A DNA stretch of 64,000 nt from Eledone cirrhosa (taxonomy: Eukaryota), in contig OZ024743.1 of NCBI GenBank assembly GCA_964016885.1, positions 147,808,001 to 147,872,000 on the forward strand, given 5' to 3'. The position numbers were made by a program, and so were the translations under genes. Below, in pieces: positions 13,653-27,289 of the stretch. The notes beneath the pieces were generated by a model. The model saw nothing but the letters and a program-made list of their open reading frames with translations. It did no database searches and was not told where the DNA came from. The stretch's first letter is position 1; each line of letters opens with the position of its first letter.

Positions 13653-14413
13653 CTCTAGGGTTCTTATATATTTGATATATATTTATCCTTTTCGAACCCT
13701 CTTTCGATTTTAGTCTTCACATTTATTATTATTACTATATATATTTACATATATATATATATATATAATGTGTGTGTAGGTATGTGTGTTTATGTATGTA
13801 TATGTTTGTGTGTGTGTATTGAACAAGAAAACATAAGAAAATTCAAAGATAGTTTCTGAATTAGTTCACTGTTTTAAAAGCATTTAAATGTATTCCGAAT
13901 TTTCTTCATTTTCTCTCGAAACCTGCCCAATTTGAATGTGTTGCACAATTCTTAATAAAATGTTAAATATTTCATTGCAATACTATAGAGCATAAACACG
14001 TCTTTGCTGAATCCTTGGTTAAATGTTCTTTTTGCAGTGGAAATTAATTCGTTTTTTCATGCAACTTGAGTAACGTACTTATGTTGCAGAGTCTTTTATT
14101 TTCATTGTGCATAATTTAAAGAGAAAAAACTAACATAATACATATCATAGGTATCCCTCAAAATATTGTTTTAATATTTCAAGTAACAGAAAATACCTCA
14201 AATACTTGAATTATACTGCAATATTTCCCTTAATTTGTAAAACTCTCATAGGATTTCCTACTCAGTTGGAATATTTGCTGATTGTAGTAATCGCTTTATA
14301 TTTTAAAAGTATTAAATTCTTTTCCATTCAATTGAACAGTTAAAAAGCATGTCAAGCACAACTATTAGACTTCTGTTTATAAATGCTGAATTTTGAAATA
14401 AAAAAGAGTGAAA
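12829..14413. repeat. ~760-bp-arm inverted duplication centred on (TA)n, containing the family D terminus and flanking DNA
   Basis: 12829-13586 is the reverse complement of 13648-14413 with scattered substitutions; the right arm ends in (TA)n. Confidence 0.9.
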
Positions 14414-14421
14414 TATATATA

Positions 14422-14586
<165 letters not shown>

Positions 14587-14684
14587 ATATATAAATGTAG
14601 TTGAATCTTTAGCTCGAGTAGAATCTTCGCATGATGTCGTTGAAACCATCTCTTCAAGTCTGCATTGAGTGGTTACCAGTACAG

Positions 14685-14782
<98 letters not shown>

Positions 14783-14899
14783 CAACAAGCCGACATGGTT
14801 AAAGTGAATGGTTGAAGTGAATGGTGTACTGTTTGAACGAATTTATAATTTTTCCTTTTAATAAAACCTTTCAGCCATTACCCTCTCAGATTGTAAGAC

Positions 14900-15260
14900 G
14901 AAGTGTATACTGGTGATGAACTGTCTCATTAGATCATCGAGTAGAATACCTTGCAGTATTTGTTCTGGAGAGGGTGCGCTGAGATCAAATCCCCCCAAAG
15001 CCGAACTTATCCATTTGGGATTGATATAATACAGTACTAAAGTGAGTGCAGTGTTTAGCGATATTGGTAGAGTCTTGGACAAATGTCTAATGATATCTGC
15101 TCCGGCTCTCATACGCCAATGACGTCCACAAAATTGATGCCAAGCTGTACTGATCTTGCTTCCACACGGACAAAAGCACCGGTGGCTTGCATATATGGGC
15201 ATCTTTTGGTCTCCCCCATAAAAAATCTTCCTTAGGCATGTTTGTTGTAAAGGATGTTTC
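14900..15260 (-). mobile_element. Decayed RTE fragment
   Basis: 'QQTCLRKIF' and 'RHWRMRAGADIIR' resemble the RTE C-terminal CLRxI...RxRxAGHI motifs. Confidence 0.45.
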
Positions 15261-15349
15261 CTTACATATTTCTAATACACCAAATCAAATATGTCTTTTA
15301 TTTTTATTTTCAATACATAGGTTTAAGATAGCAGCCGTCATATAGAGGC

Positions 15350-15473
15350 TGGATATCACCGAAGATCTGCGGAGGTTCGAAATCACCTTGGAAGATGCTG
15401 AGAAGGTGGCAAAGGACCGTCAGCGATGGAGAGCGCTGGTGGTCCTGGTCAGCTCTACCCATAACGAGGCTTA
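15350..15473 (+). mobile_element. RTE LINE extreme C-terminus
   Basis: ITEDLRRFEITLEDAEKVAKDRQRWRALV...* (AxDRxxWR motif). Confidence 0.7.
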
Positions 15474-16064
15474 GAGTTCATTGCCTTAAGATGACCTCGG
15501 CCTCATTGAACAAAAGCAATAAGAAGAATTCACTTTAATATCTATTGGTTTAAATTGGTCTTTCATGCATGTAAGTATGTATGTATGCATGTATGTATGT
15601 ATGCATGCATGCATTTATGTATATATGTATCAATGCATGTATGCCTGCATGTATGTATGTATTTATGTATACATGCATGCATGTGTATATATGGACGTAT
15701 GTATATATGTACGTATGTATGCAGGGATGTATGCATAGTGTGGCGCAAATGAGTAGTCCATACCATGGTAGATATTGGATATTTTTATTGAGGTCAAATC
15801 AGAGTATTGGTACTCTGGATTTCGCAAGTTTGTTCTCTTACATACATGCACATATACAAACATACATGCATGCATACATTAATACGTACATTCATACATA
15901 CATACATGTGTACATACATACACACATACATGCATACATACAAACATACAAACATACACGCATGCATACATACATATATATGTGTGTGTACACATATATA
16001 CATGTGTACACACACACACACACACACACACATACACACATATATATATATATATTTATATATA

Positions 16065-16112
<48 letters not shown>

Positions 16113-17167
16113 TTCTTACACACACACAAACATACACTCTGTGTGTTTGTATGTGTCTATATGTGTATATTTCTTTCTGTAAGATATTATACTTCACATG
16201 TAAGTTATTTTCACATGTATTTTAAAGTATATGGCTGCATTTATATAAATTACTACATTCACATAGGAACACACATTCATGCACATACAAACCCATCCAA
16301 ACACACACATACAATTGGCATACTTATGTTCGTGCACATTCAATTGATTTTCTTTCTTTAAAATTCCTAAATTTTCTGATTTTCCTCTTACATGGATGTT
16401 TGAAATATTTTTAAATATTTAAACGCCATGTCAAGTTTTCTCTGAAAGATTTATAGTCTTGTGATTAATTTATTTTCTCGTTAAATATTATGTCGCGCTT
16501 TAAGATTATCGACAGCAGACACAGTAAGAATAAGACAGCATTTGAAGGACGAGAGGAACATCACTTAATCTTCAACGTTGTAGTCTTGAACATCTTTGTA
16601 GTCCTTGTAGTCCTCTTCCTCCGCCCCCGTCTTCCCTAGTGTCTTATTTCTCTCCTCCACTTTCTCATCATCACCAGCAGCAGCAGAAGCAACATCTTCT
16701 TCATCATCATTCCCAAACGCTCCCAGACTCCCTTCTTTCCTTTCACCACCGACACACCCAATCACCTTTCTCCTCATCTACACTCCCGCCCCCCATCATT
16801 ACCACCACCACCACCTCAGTATTAACCTCATACACTTCGCCGTCATCACACTAACCTTACCCCCTATCCCACAACTGATCCTTCTAATCATCTATCATCA
16901 TCATCATCATCAGCATGATGATCATCATCATTATTACCACAATCACCGTCACCACCATCACTATAAACACCACATGGATCACTACCACTTCCAATATCAT
17001 CTTCATGTGTGTTCGTATATGAGGCATAATTGAAACTTTGTACACGTCACTACTACTACTACTACTACTACTGCAGCTGCTGCTGCTGCTACTACTGACT
17101 ACTACTGTTACTATATGCTGCTGCTTTCTGCTGCTGTTGCTGACAATAATTCCCTAAATTATAACAA

Positions 17168-17359
17168 TAATTATTTCTACTTTTGGCACAAGGCCAGCAA
17201 TACACCAGTGCATTACTGGTACTTTATTTTATCGACCCCGTAAGGATGAAAGGCAAAGTTAACCTCAGCGGGATTTGAACTCAGAATTAGCAAGAGCCTT
17301 AACTCTATGCGTCAAAGCATGGCGTCCGACCCTCTACCGATACTGCCAATCCACCGCCC
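17168..17359 (-). mobile_element. tRNA-derived SINE with Meta-type core
   Basis: A box TGGCAGTATCGG, B box GTTCAAATCC, core gcctttcatccttacggggtcgataaa; TSD attataacaataat. Confidence 0.85.
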
Positions 17360-17815
17360 TTATTATAACAATAATAAAGATCATTTCGTTATTGCCACAA
17401 GAGCGACATGTGGCTGTTAAGAAGGTAGAACAGAGACTACCTGATCACTCTTAGTTAAGCCGGAAAGGTAGTTGTTGTGGGGATTAGTATCTCATTTTAC
17501 CAAGACTTGGAGAACATGTTATGCGGTGTTCTTGACATGGTGTTTCTTGAAAGGCCCCTCAAATATATTTTGTCATTTCTTTTATATTATCTTACCATTC
17601 ATTTGGCAAGAACAGAAATATATACACTTCCACGTGGAACATGTCCAGAGTACTTAACTATACATAACAATATAACAATAATTCATGTGAAAGCGACAAT
17701 AGTTTATATTACGGAGGGACAACTGCCTTTGATTAAAAAAATCAACGTTTAGCAAATGATTTAATAATTCGAGGTTTCGTGCTTTGTTACTTGGTACTCC
17801 ATGTGTCACATAAGA

Positions 17816-18034
17816 CAGGCATGTTAAACATGCGGCCCGTGGGACGCACACGGCTCTTTACAAGTACACATGCGGATCGCACAAATGTTTTTACAGCGTG
17901 AACTTGTTTTATCTTCGTAATATAAAATTATAAAAATTAGATGTAATGTGCGCAATTAGTTATCGTGTGTGGCCCTCAGACAACATATATGTGACCCATG
18001 TGGCCCTTGGGGGACCCTCAGTTTGACATGCCTG
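17816..18034. mobile_element. hAT-type MITE (219 bp)
   Basis: TIRs CAGGCATGT(T/C)AAAC; exact 8-bp TSD ACATAAGA at 17808-17815 and 18035-18042. Confidence 0.9.
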
Positions 18035-18399
18035 ACATAAGACACATACACACGTCTCATTTTAAACTGATGGTGACTGTACATGATTTTTTTAGTGAAA
18101 GTCAACATAGAAAATATATTTAGCTTCACTTGCCATATCTTCCTAGCTACCACATTTGTCCTTTTTTAGTTCAACTAATACATGTTTCTTTATTAGCCAC
18201 AGGGGAACAAAAGAAGGGGACAAATACAAAGTGGGAAGGTTACATACAATAAAAACGTGTAAAATACTATCACAAATACAATTTAAAAGTTAATAGGTGC
18301 AGACATTACATATGGGTAACACATACCCCCGAAAAAATGTGAAACCCTCACCTCCAGGAGTACTAAGAGTTGTACCCCTTTCCTCTCCTCTTTTTCCTC

Positions 18400-21300
18400 A
18401 ACCTACAGGCTGATATAGAGAGAAGGCCCATTCACTCGGGCCATTCTCGGCACTTTCACCCACCTTTCATAAAACTTGCTGGGGTACAGCACCTCTCTCT
18501 CTATCCTGATTCTTCTTCTAAAGTGATATTTGAAAAAAAGAATCAGTTGTTGGCCAGAGAGAAAGGTGTCTGACCTCAGCCCGTTCAACCTTGTCCACCA
18601 TACAACCTCTTTCGCCATAGCTATCACACAAAGGAAATCCGCCCCTCCTTCGTTTTTGAAGGAGGGTGGCGGTTTGATAATGACAATGGACTCCGTGGTC
18701 AACCGGATTGGTCCCACCCGCAACAATAGTCGTTCTACATAGCCTCACAGGTCGGTAACGTCCGGGCTGTGTATGAATGCGTGCGCGACGGTTTCTTCGT
18801 CTCGCACGCACCTCGGACAGATCTTTTTTGAAGGGTCCATGCCCGGGCGCCCATGTCTGTAGAGCTTGTCTCGAACTGGTAGAGCTCCTCAGTAGCACTG
18901 CCAGGCCAGGGACTTTTGGAAGTTGTCCATCGGTCCTGGGCGGTAGGTCCTACTGAACAGACTGGACAGTTCGTCTTCCTCTACGCTTAGAGTTTCACCG
19001 AGCGCGTCGTCGCACTTGCTGCGGATCAACCCTCTATAGAATGATGAAGTGGAGTCTCTAATGAACGCTGGGTCCGCCTGTCAGAGAGCTGTGAGCGCCT
19101 GAGCACATTCGATGTGCCAGTCGCCCATTTTCCTCGGTCATTGCTTGACCCAGGACTGCAGCTCGGTCAGAGAAACGAGCCGTGGGAAGGCTCACCTAAC
19201 GAATGGGGCCCACACCGGTTGTCCGGTGAGGAATACGTAGAGATGCCGCAGCCTGAGCGCGTGTTTGCGCGTCGTCAGCCACGGCATCCCCAGCCCCCCG
19301 TTGGAAGGGTGTTGGTAGCAGATGGATCTTCTCACCAAAGAAGCCCGCCTCCTCCAAAGGAATTGGAAAGCGCGCGCTCCATTTTGGCGAGCGTTTAGGC
19401 TGGAAAAGGCACGACGGTCAAGCGGTAGTAGATGGCGGACGCTATAAAAGTGTTCGCCACCTCCGCTCGACCTTTCAAGGATAGTTTGCACTCGGCCCAC
19501 TTCTGGGTGAGTGCAAAGACCTTGGCCGTAACCTCGTTCCAGTTCTTCTCCACCTGGAGGTCCGGACCAAACCAGACCCCGAGCAGCTTTACCGGTCATT
19601 CCGTCCAGCGTCCGACAACGCCATCGGAAGGCATCGGTTTGCCTCTCCACGATCCAAGTTGCAAACCGATGGACTTATCCCTGTTCAGCTTCGCTCCTGT
19701 GAACCTTTCGTATTCCTTCAGTAAGGTGCCGACTTCCTCGATTTGCGAGGCGCTCGACACCAATACTGTAATCTCGTCGGCGTAGGCCGACGCCGCTTTC
19801 CGCAGTCCCGGTTCCAGAGGGATGCCCTGCAATAGCTCCAACTTCCGCAGTAGTGGCTCGAGAGTCAGTACGTAGAGAAGGAAGGGGTGAGGGAAACCCT
19901 GTCGAATGGACGCGTGATATGGAACGGCTCCGAGAGGTAGCCGTTCACCTTGACCCTTGAGCAGATGTTGCTGTAGTGCATTGCAGCAATCCAGCCATTG
20001 AACACGGGTCCGAAGCCTGCCGCCTCGAGCACCGATATCCAGGTAACGATGGTCAACCTTATCGAAAGCCTTAGACTGATCCAAGTTGATCAGGGCCCCA
20101 CCGAAGCCGGGCTTACACCCTACCCTCTCTATGATGTATCGCATGAGGTGAAGGTTGTCGTGTATGGACCTGGTCGGGATTGCGCATGTCTGCGCTTCTC
20201 CCACCAGGTTCTCGATGACAAGCACCAGCCTCTTTGCCAACACATTGGCCCAAATCTGTAACTCTATATTTAGCAGAGTTAAGGCCCGGATTGCCTATGT
20301 CATCCCCCTTATTCTCGTCCTTTCTGATTAGTGTGACTACGCCCCCGGTCACAGAACTGGGAATTCTCCCGTTCTTCTGCCAGTTGCAGTAGACGGTTTC
20401 CAGGAGACCGGAGAATAAGTCCCGTATTGCTACGTAAAATTCGTAGGGTAGACCGTCGAGACCTGGAGATTTGCGTGTGCCGCATTGGCTCAGCGCGTCC
20501 CCTAGAGCGGCTGAAATCGGCCTTTCGCAGAACTTCGCCTCGCTGTCCGGGAGTCGCGGTAGGCCGTCGAGGTATGGACCGAAATCCATAGCCCCTTCCG
20601 GCGCGCCGCCCTGCCCGAACATTTGAGCAAAGTGCCGCTGAAATGCCGCGCACATCTGCTTCGGCTCACGTCTCACGCCTCCGTCTTGGTCCTTCAAAGA
20701 CCGAATCGTGGACTTGTTGCCACTTTTTGCCTCTGTCACTCGGACCCAGCTAACAGCTTTGGCTCCCTCATTTCCCAGAGCACGTATTTTGCTTCTGACA
20801 ACGCAGCCCTCGTACTTTGCGTCGAAGAACTGGTCCAAGGCCGTTCTTGTTGCTAGCACGCTGGCTACGTTGCCACTTCTAATTGCCTCTTCTACTTTAT
20901 CTGCCAGTTCCTTCTCGGTCCTATTTCTATCTAACGCTAATTATTTACTAAAAACTAACGAGTCTATTCTAACTGCCCTCTTGAGAGAGTACCACCATCT
21001 GTTGTTGACAATGGCCCCTGTCAAGTGCTGTTTAACTAAAGTGAAAATCCGTCTAATGTAGGCTTTGCATGTCGGAAACGACAAGTTCAGCTTCCAGTAG
21101 CCGGGTCCTTGTGTATGGGTTCTATCAATGTTGACCATACAGATCACTAGTTTGTGACCTGAATAGGCAACCATGAACATTTGTGGCCAGCTTAACATGC
21201 CCCTATCCTTATTTCTAACTAGAACCCTATCAAGGTACGATCTAGATGTTCCGCTGTATAAGTCCACGTCCACAGTGGCACAGTCGGAAAATCTAGTCGA

Positions 21301-21853
21301 TATCTATCCGCCAGGTCAAATCGGCCGATTAACTGTTTGAGGATGTTACACCCTCTTTATCGGGACATGCTCCCACATAGTCCCAACGTGCATCTAGGAT
21401 TCCATTCCAGTCCACCACTAAAAGCAAGGAGCGGGACGTTCCCAGAAAAGTCTCTAGACGTTTGAAGAAGTCTGGCCGCGGTGTCCCGGATGGGGCATAT
21501 GCAGCCACCACCTGAAGGCTCCACCTTCACTACCGTCAACGTCTAGGACCACCAGTCGACTCTCCGGGTCCAGATGTACCGTCTGTGTTACGAGGCCCAG
21601 GATGTTTCCGCAACAAAACGGCAACCCCGCCCCCACCCCCCATTGACAGAGAGATGCGTAGATCTCAAAGTCATCGAACATTTAAGCCAACTGTCGCTCG
21701 CTGTGGATCCTGGACTCGCAAATGGCTACTACATCCATACTGTGCAACCTGAGGTCGTTTAAGAGTTTGCCCTGTTTCCAGGGCATCCCCAGGCCGCGTA
21801 CATTCACACATCCAACTCTTATATTGGCCATGTTGGGACATTTTATATTGGCC
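18400..21853 (-). pseudogene. Tx1 ORF2 (apurinic endonuclease plus reverse transcriptase), frameshifted
   Basis: IRVGCVNVRGL, YAPS, SYLDRVL, GPGYWKLN, KSPGLDGLPYEFY, LDQSKAFDKVDH, RQG, AYADE, GGLGMP. Confidence 0.92.
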
Positions 21854-22457
21854 ATGTTGGCACTTTTTAAAAGGACGCGGTTAATGGGTTTAACACAAGG
21901 ATTACCCACGTCCTTAGGAAAGTTTTCCTTTAAAGATTTATGGATGCCCGTAGGGACCCTAATCATCTTTAAATTAGGTTTGTCTACACAGTTCGAAAAA
22001 GTTTTCCCTTCGGTGAAAACCGAAGGGTCGTTGGAAATGAGCTCCATTAGAGTTTTGTTTTTACTGTTTATGTATGTGTAATGTTTTTGTTGTGTTGCGG
22101 TGGTTTTTGATTGTGGTTCTTGTGGGAGCTTTCGTTTTGTTGTAGGATTTTGTTTTCGGGGGGGGGGGGGGGGGTTGTAATGTTTGTGTTGTTTGGGTTG
22201 GTGGTTGTATATTTGTAGTGATGTTTGTTGTTTTTTTGTTCTTGTGGTGTATTTTCTTCTTTCTTTTCGAATGGGGCTCTCCCTCATCGTCACTTGGTGA
22301 TGATGAGGGGGCCTCGTCCGTTGTGGGGTCTGTGTTATTTGGAAGGGTATGTTTTGGGGAGCTGTTGTGTTTGTGGGGGTTTTTTTTGCAGTGGTTTTAG
22401 GTGGAGTGGGTTTGAGTGGGACTGTGCTTGCAGGTTGGTTTGTTGTTCTTGTTTTGG

Positions 22458-23069
22458 TTATTTTTGCGTGCTATTGTTGTTTTTGTTGTTATTGTTGTGG
22501 TGGTGGTGGTGGTGGTTGTGTTGTTCTTTTGGGTGTTGGTAGTAGTGCCTCTTTTTTCTTGTAGTTAACTGAGGACAGTATGCCTTCAGGTGACCACTGC
22601 TTAAACAGTGGTAACATAAAGGCCGCCTACCCTCATCAGAAATGTTTATGTGTGAATTTCCATCCAGAGGCACACGCTGGGGTATTTTAGCTATCCGTTC
22701 TGGCCTCATTTCGACCAGAACGTCCATGCATGTACCATTGAATGTGCCTCTGGAAGACTGTCCCACCGATATGATGGTGCCTTCGTCGAAATCGATGAAG
22801 CCAGTTAAAATCCACCAGAGGTTTACATTTGGTGCAATGTTCGAAATGTTTATCTTTTGTGTCCTTTTTCCCATATATTTGGGGAAAAAGGTGTAAAGGC
22901 CGGACACAATCGGCGATACAGAATATTTTTGTACCGTCAATTGGTCTTTCAACAACACCGAAATGCTTCCAAAAAGTTTCCCTTTTTGGATGAAGGCAAT
23001 ATCCTTCATGGAATTCTTCAGAACCAGTTCAATGTCGTTTTGGGATAATTGAACTGGTTTTTTCGACAC
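22458..23069 (-). pseudogene. Tx1 ORF1 (gag-like, zinc knuckle)
   Basis: CYHCLSSGHLKAYC (CX2CX4HX4C) followed by a low-complexity linker. Confidence 0.85.
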
Positions 23070-23854
23070 ATTTGAACCGTCCTAAAAATCACTGTTTTGG
23101 GGCCAGGTGCTGCAATCATGACTTTTCGTTGTGTGTAGAATGTCTAGGTAGGATGTCTAAGTAGGCTATTATATATGGGGTCACATTATTTTAAGACGAT
23201 ATAGTATAATTTAAATGTTATTTGACTGTTAGTGCAAGCTAGTTTAGCGTCCTCCTTGATGTTCCACCCTCGTTGGCTTGATAGGAGAGTTAATTGATTC
23301 TGTGGAGGTGTTTGAAAACCAAAGTATAGTGCCACTTCATTAGTATGATCCTTATCACCGTGATCATCCTCGTCACTAAATTCATCATCAACATTCTCAT
23401 TATTAACCTCCTCCTCCTCCTCACCATCATCATCATCATCGTCGTAGTCGTCGTCGTTCTCATCATCGTAGCCATCATCTTCCCCATCATTACCATCTTG
23501 ACAACTTATCATCATCTTTGATTAATGCTGCAATTAAACTTGCCCCAATAATCACAGCTCCATGGACTTGGATTCTGCATGAAAACTCGTCCAGCTGTTA
23601 ATATCATCCTGAATTTAATTGTATTAATTAAGCATATTGGTCGATTAGTATGAGAAGTTAATGAAATGCTTTATTGTGTTTATTATTAACTGCTGGTTCA
23701 GTAACTATTTCTCTAAAATAGAAATTAAAATAAATAAATAAAAATAAAAGAGGAAAAGAATGAAAAAAAAGGTACTGAAGAATATAGTTTCATTATTCTG
23801 GAGAAAGTTCAAATGCCACTTCAAAAGGAAATGAGATTTTTTCGTGGAGGTCAC

Positions 23855-23929
<75 letters not shown>
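23855..23929. repeat. (TAG)n microsatellite
   Basis: Direct reading. Confidence 0.95.
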
Positions 23930-24106
23930 CATTATAGTAGAAGAATTGTGACATTAAAAAGTATTCTTTAAGTAGAATAAAATAAATCAATGAAGATAGA
24001 CCGTGCCAAAAAATTCCGTTCTTAAATGTTCATGGCTAAATTTTAAAATAATTGTAAAGCATAACCTGCCAAAGTGAAAATTGGATTTATTTTTGTTATT
24101 GTTTAG

Positions 24107-24170
24107 CCTGAAATTGTCTTTGATCGAGCAGGCCTGTGATGAAATACAATTCAGATGCGACAATTTCTCT
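24107..24170 (+). CDS. Candidate host micro-exon 2 (LKLSLIEQACDEIQFRCDNFS)
   Basis: ttttgttattgtttag acceptor and gtaaga donor; only one frame is open and it is in phase with the neighbouring candidates. Confidence 0.45.
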
Positions 24171-24820
24171 GTAAGAGATATATTTCGGACACCTCTATGT
24201 CCTCTTATAAAATATAGCAAGATGAAATTTCATGGAGATTTGACAACTGTGTCTAGCATGTTGAATACTCATATGTAAACTATTTCGTCGACAGTTCTAT
24301 CGTTGCTGTTGTTGTATGGTGTGATTTGAGGGAAATGTTGCTCCAAATTTTAAAGATCTATTATTAGCTTATTTTAATTGAATATCACAATGGCTGTTAT
24401 TTTGTTTCTGTGTGTTAGTTATGGCAGAAGAGCAATCTTCAAGTTCTTTTCCGAGGCCTCCAACTTTTGTGGGATAAAGTAAATGTTCTCTAAGAATTTT
24501 CTTGTAAAGTACCACGTCATTCTACATCAAAATCAAGTTAGATTTGAATATTGTACACGGAAGATTTTACCCAAGTATTCATACAACCCGTAATATACAA
24601 ATCTAAATTAAATAAATTGATTCTTCTCATCAACAAATCTGCCAATTTTATTTCTACAATGGTTATATTCAGATGCATTATTTTTAGCTCAAACACTCGA
24701 TTTATAGACTAGATTTATAGGGTTCTTATAAATTCCCGCCAAGTCTCCTTTGGGGATTCATAGGCGGTACATAAACAATATCTCCTTTTACCTTAGACCC
24801 AATGTCATCACTTCACAATA

Positions 24821-25012
24821 ATAATTGTTTCTACTTTTGGCACAAGGCCAGCAATTATCCCAGTGTATTACTGGTACTTGATTTTATCGACCCGTAAGGA
24901 TGAAAGGCAAAGCAAACCTCGGAGGGATTTGAATTCAGGACGCAAATGGCCATAACTTTATGCTTCAAAGAATGGTGTCTGACGCTCTACCAATACTACC
25001 AATCCACTGCCC
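24821..25012 (-). mobile_element. Meta-type tRNA SINE
   Basis: Same family as 17168-17359. Confidence 0.85.
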
Positions 25013-25294
25013 TGAATAATAAGAAGACTAATAAGTGAGATGATTGACCTTGTAATTTCTTTATCCATCGTAAAATTGTGAAACGTAACGTTGGAGTGTA
25101 ACACAGAACACGGTAATCTGGAACAAATACAAGGATAAAAATAGTAACATTGAAATTAATATCATACTTAATGGGATTGTGCTTGATTGTGATTATATAT
25201 AGGTATATATATATACCTATATATATATATATCTATATAAATATATATATATATGTTTTGCTATTTCCATTTACTTTTTACACATACACAGACA

Positions 25295-25332
<38 letters not shown>

Positions 25333-25422
25333 CCACATCACACACACACATACATACACATACACACACACATCTCTCTAACACTCTCTATATATATATA
25401 TGGTGGCTGCAAACTTTGCTAA

Positions 25423-25890
25423 GGGTATTGCAATCGCTTGTCAGAATAGAGAAAATGGTGCACTTTTAGGCTACGTCCAGCCACATGAACCTGTAACAGA
25501 TCCTGAACAAGCAATGCTTGTGCTTTGAAGGTGTTTTTAAGTGGAGAAAGGCTTTGCACTCGACCAATCCCACTCTTTGGGCATCGAAGACACTACCCGA
25601 AAAGGAGAATTGGTCAACATCATCGGATGCTTGCGAAGCCGCAGGTTTTTTTCAGAGTTTCCCTCTCTTACAAAGGTGTTGTGACAACAACTGGGGCCCT
25701 TTCATTCATAGGTAAAAAATAAGTGCTATTTGGATGGCCATTGACTCTGCTGAGTTCCGCCGCCCTTTACCGGGTCTTGTATTTCATCCCACATGGTTTC
25801 CAAATATCACCCTCCCCACCAAGCAAGCTTGGTGGGATTGCCGCTTTAGTAACCGACGACCCGCCCCTTAAACGGTACAGTATATGGCAG
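25423..25890 (-). mobile_element. Old copy of the bipartite RTE derivative
   Basis: Shares ggatggccattgactc, aatcccactct and cagagtt blocks with 38181-38683. Confidence 0.6.
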
Positions 25891-25924
25891 GAATATATTA
25901 GTTTAACGCTTGAAATAGAATGAA

Positions 25925-26460
25925 AGGTGTCTCAACGTTTCGGACGCTAGTCTTTCATCAGAAATGATGGATGTGGTTTTCCTTAAGTGGAAAAACGCAT
26001 GTTTTAAGTTGTTATAGTAGCCAATCTGCTTCAATCTGCTTTATGCATTTCCTGTCTATTTATGTTTTTTTTCTGGTTGATGATCTCTTTTATTCTTAAA
26101 TTATCCACATTCCTTTCCGTCACGTCTATGGTGACGTCAGTGTCTTGACAACGGCATCTGTCAAAATGTTTTTTAACAGAAAATTCTCTCATCTTCATGT
26201 ACTCCTTGATCCGTATGTGTTGCAACCAAACGATACTTCCGATATACGAGGAGTTACATTTTTTAGACCGCACACGGTCTCATGTACACTTCTGCGTTGT
26301 CGATGGGACAATTAGGATGTTGAACTCATAATTTTGTATGTAGGTCGGTGCCTGTGGAACAGTTTCCTCAATGAGGTTCCAGTGTGTTCCAGCTGTATAT
26401 TGAAGCCCACCCTACGGATGGCTTCTCATTGAAATGCGGCAGTTTTAGGTTTCCCTTCTT
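25925..26460 (-). mobile_element. Penelope element 3' fragment: GIY-YIG endonuclease remnant plus hammerhead
   Basis: ORF 26031-26273 reads KCNSSYIGS...RIKEY...SVKKH...C...LRIKE...IN, followed ~70 nt downstream by a minimal hammerhead. Confidence 0.8.
25931..25964 (-). ncRNA. Minimal Penelope-type hammerhead
   Basis: UUU-CUGAUGA-AAGAC(UAGC)GUCC-GAAA-CG-UU-GAG; palindromic AACGUU. Confidence 0.7.
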
Positions 26461-27009
26461 ATTTCACCAAACTCCGAAATGCCAATGCAGCAACACTTAA
26501 AAGAATAAAGTAACAATACTGTCTAAAGCTGCAGCATTTTATTTCTAGCGGGTGGAAGAGACAATAGAATAAAATGATGCAAGTGTTTGACAGGTACTTA
26601 TTTATGAATCCAAGAAGGATGAACGGTAGAGACGGCCATGACAGATTTGAAATAAGGAAATACCAACGTGACAAAATAGTGCAAGCATTTCGTAAGTTAC
26701 CCTAAAGCTTCTTCCAACTCCAACACTAATATCTGTATATAGGATAATATTATTAGCTCTGAATGCTTTCCCATTCTAATGCTTTCATGTTGTTGTTTTT
26801 CTTTTATGTGTATATGTTCTGTAACAAATCGGTCCGTCAAGTAGAGACCGATGAAATAATTGATGGTGATATGATCGATTTAATCCTCTGAAGTTAGTGG
26901 TACAGTACGCCCGCATTCTAATGACTGAGACAGGTAAAATAATATGCACATATTAATTTATATATAACGTGCACCATGGAACATTCCCTTTATCAATTTT
27001 CGACTGGAT

Positions 27010-27283
27010 GTCACAATTTTTCTAGGTGTTTTGCAGAGTACAGCAGACGCCAGCATTTTCGAGTAGGATTGATGCTCCCAGGGAATGTCCTGTGTCCTAG
27101 AACGAAGTGTGGTAAGGAACCAGGTGGACCGTAACACACCAGAGTACTCGATACTTAGGGTAGTAGATTGGGTAATAGGAAAAGAGTCAGGACCCCGACG
27201 GCTGAGCTCCGGCCATTTCGACAGAAAGATCTAGCTGTCAAACGGCCGGAGCTCAGCCGTCGGGGTCCTGACTCTTTTCCTAT
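27010..27283 (-). mobile_element. Family G element with terminal palindrome (27175-27283) carrying the hammerhead 3' half
   Basis: Homologous to 36240-36300, 37085-37180 and 40750-40947; family motif GAAA-CGGC(N9)GCCG-UC-GGGG (single changes in these arms). Confidence 0.65.
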
Positions 27284-27289
27284 ATATAT

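Larger units (their letters stand above)
18183..23100 (-). mobile_element. Near-full-length Tx1/L1-clade non-LTR retrotransposon (decayed)
   Basis: ORF1 with CCHC knuckle, ORF2 with APE and RT, 3' end ...ctaataaagaaac; GC-richer than flanks. Confidence 0.92.

Noticed and set aside
14596-14690. Possible hammerhead in an island between microsatellites
   Set aside because: UUGAAGA is present on the minus strand, but no consistent stem I, stem III or GAAA could be built.
23186-23515. Acidic D/E-rich ORF
   Set aside because: Decayed (GAT/GAC/GAG)n trinucleotide repeat with no domain or splice support.
24130-24170. LDL-receptor class A domain (CDEIQFRCDN)
   Set aside because: Only two cysteines, and no exon with the remaining C..DG..DC motif was found.
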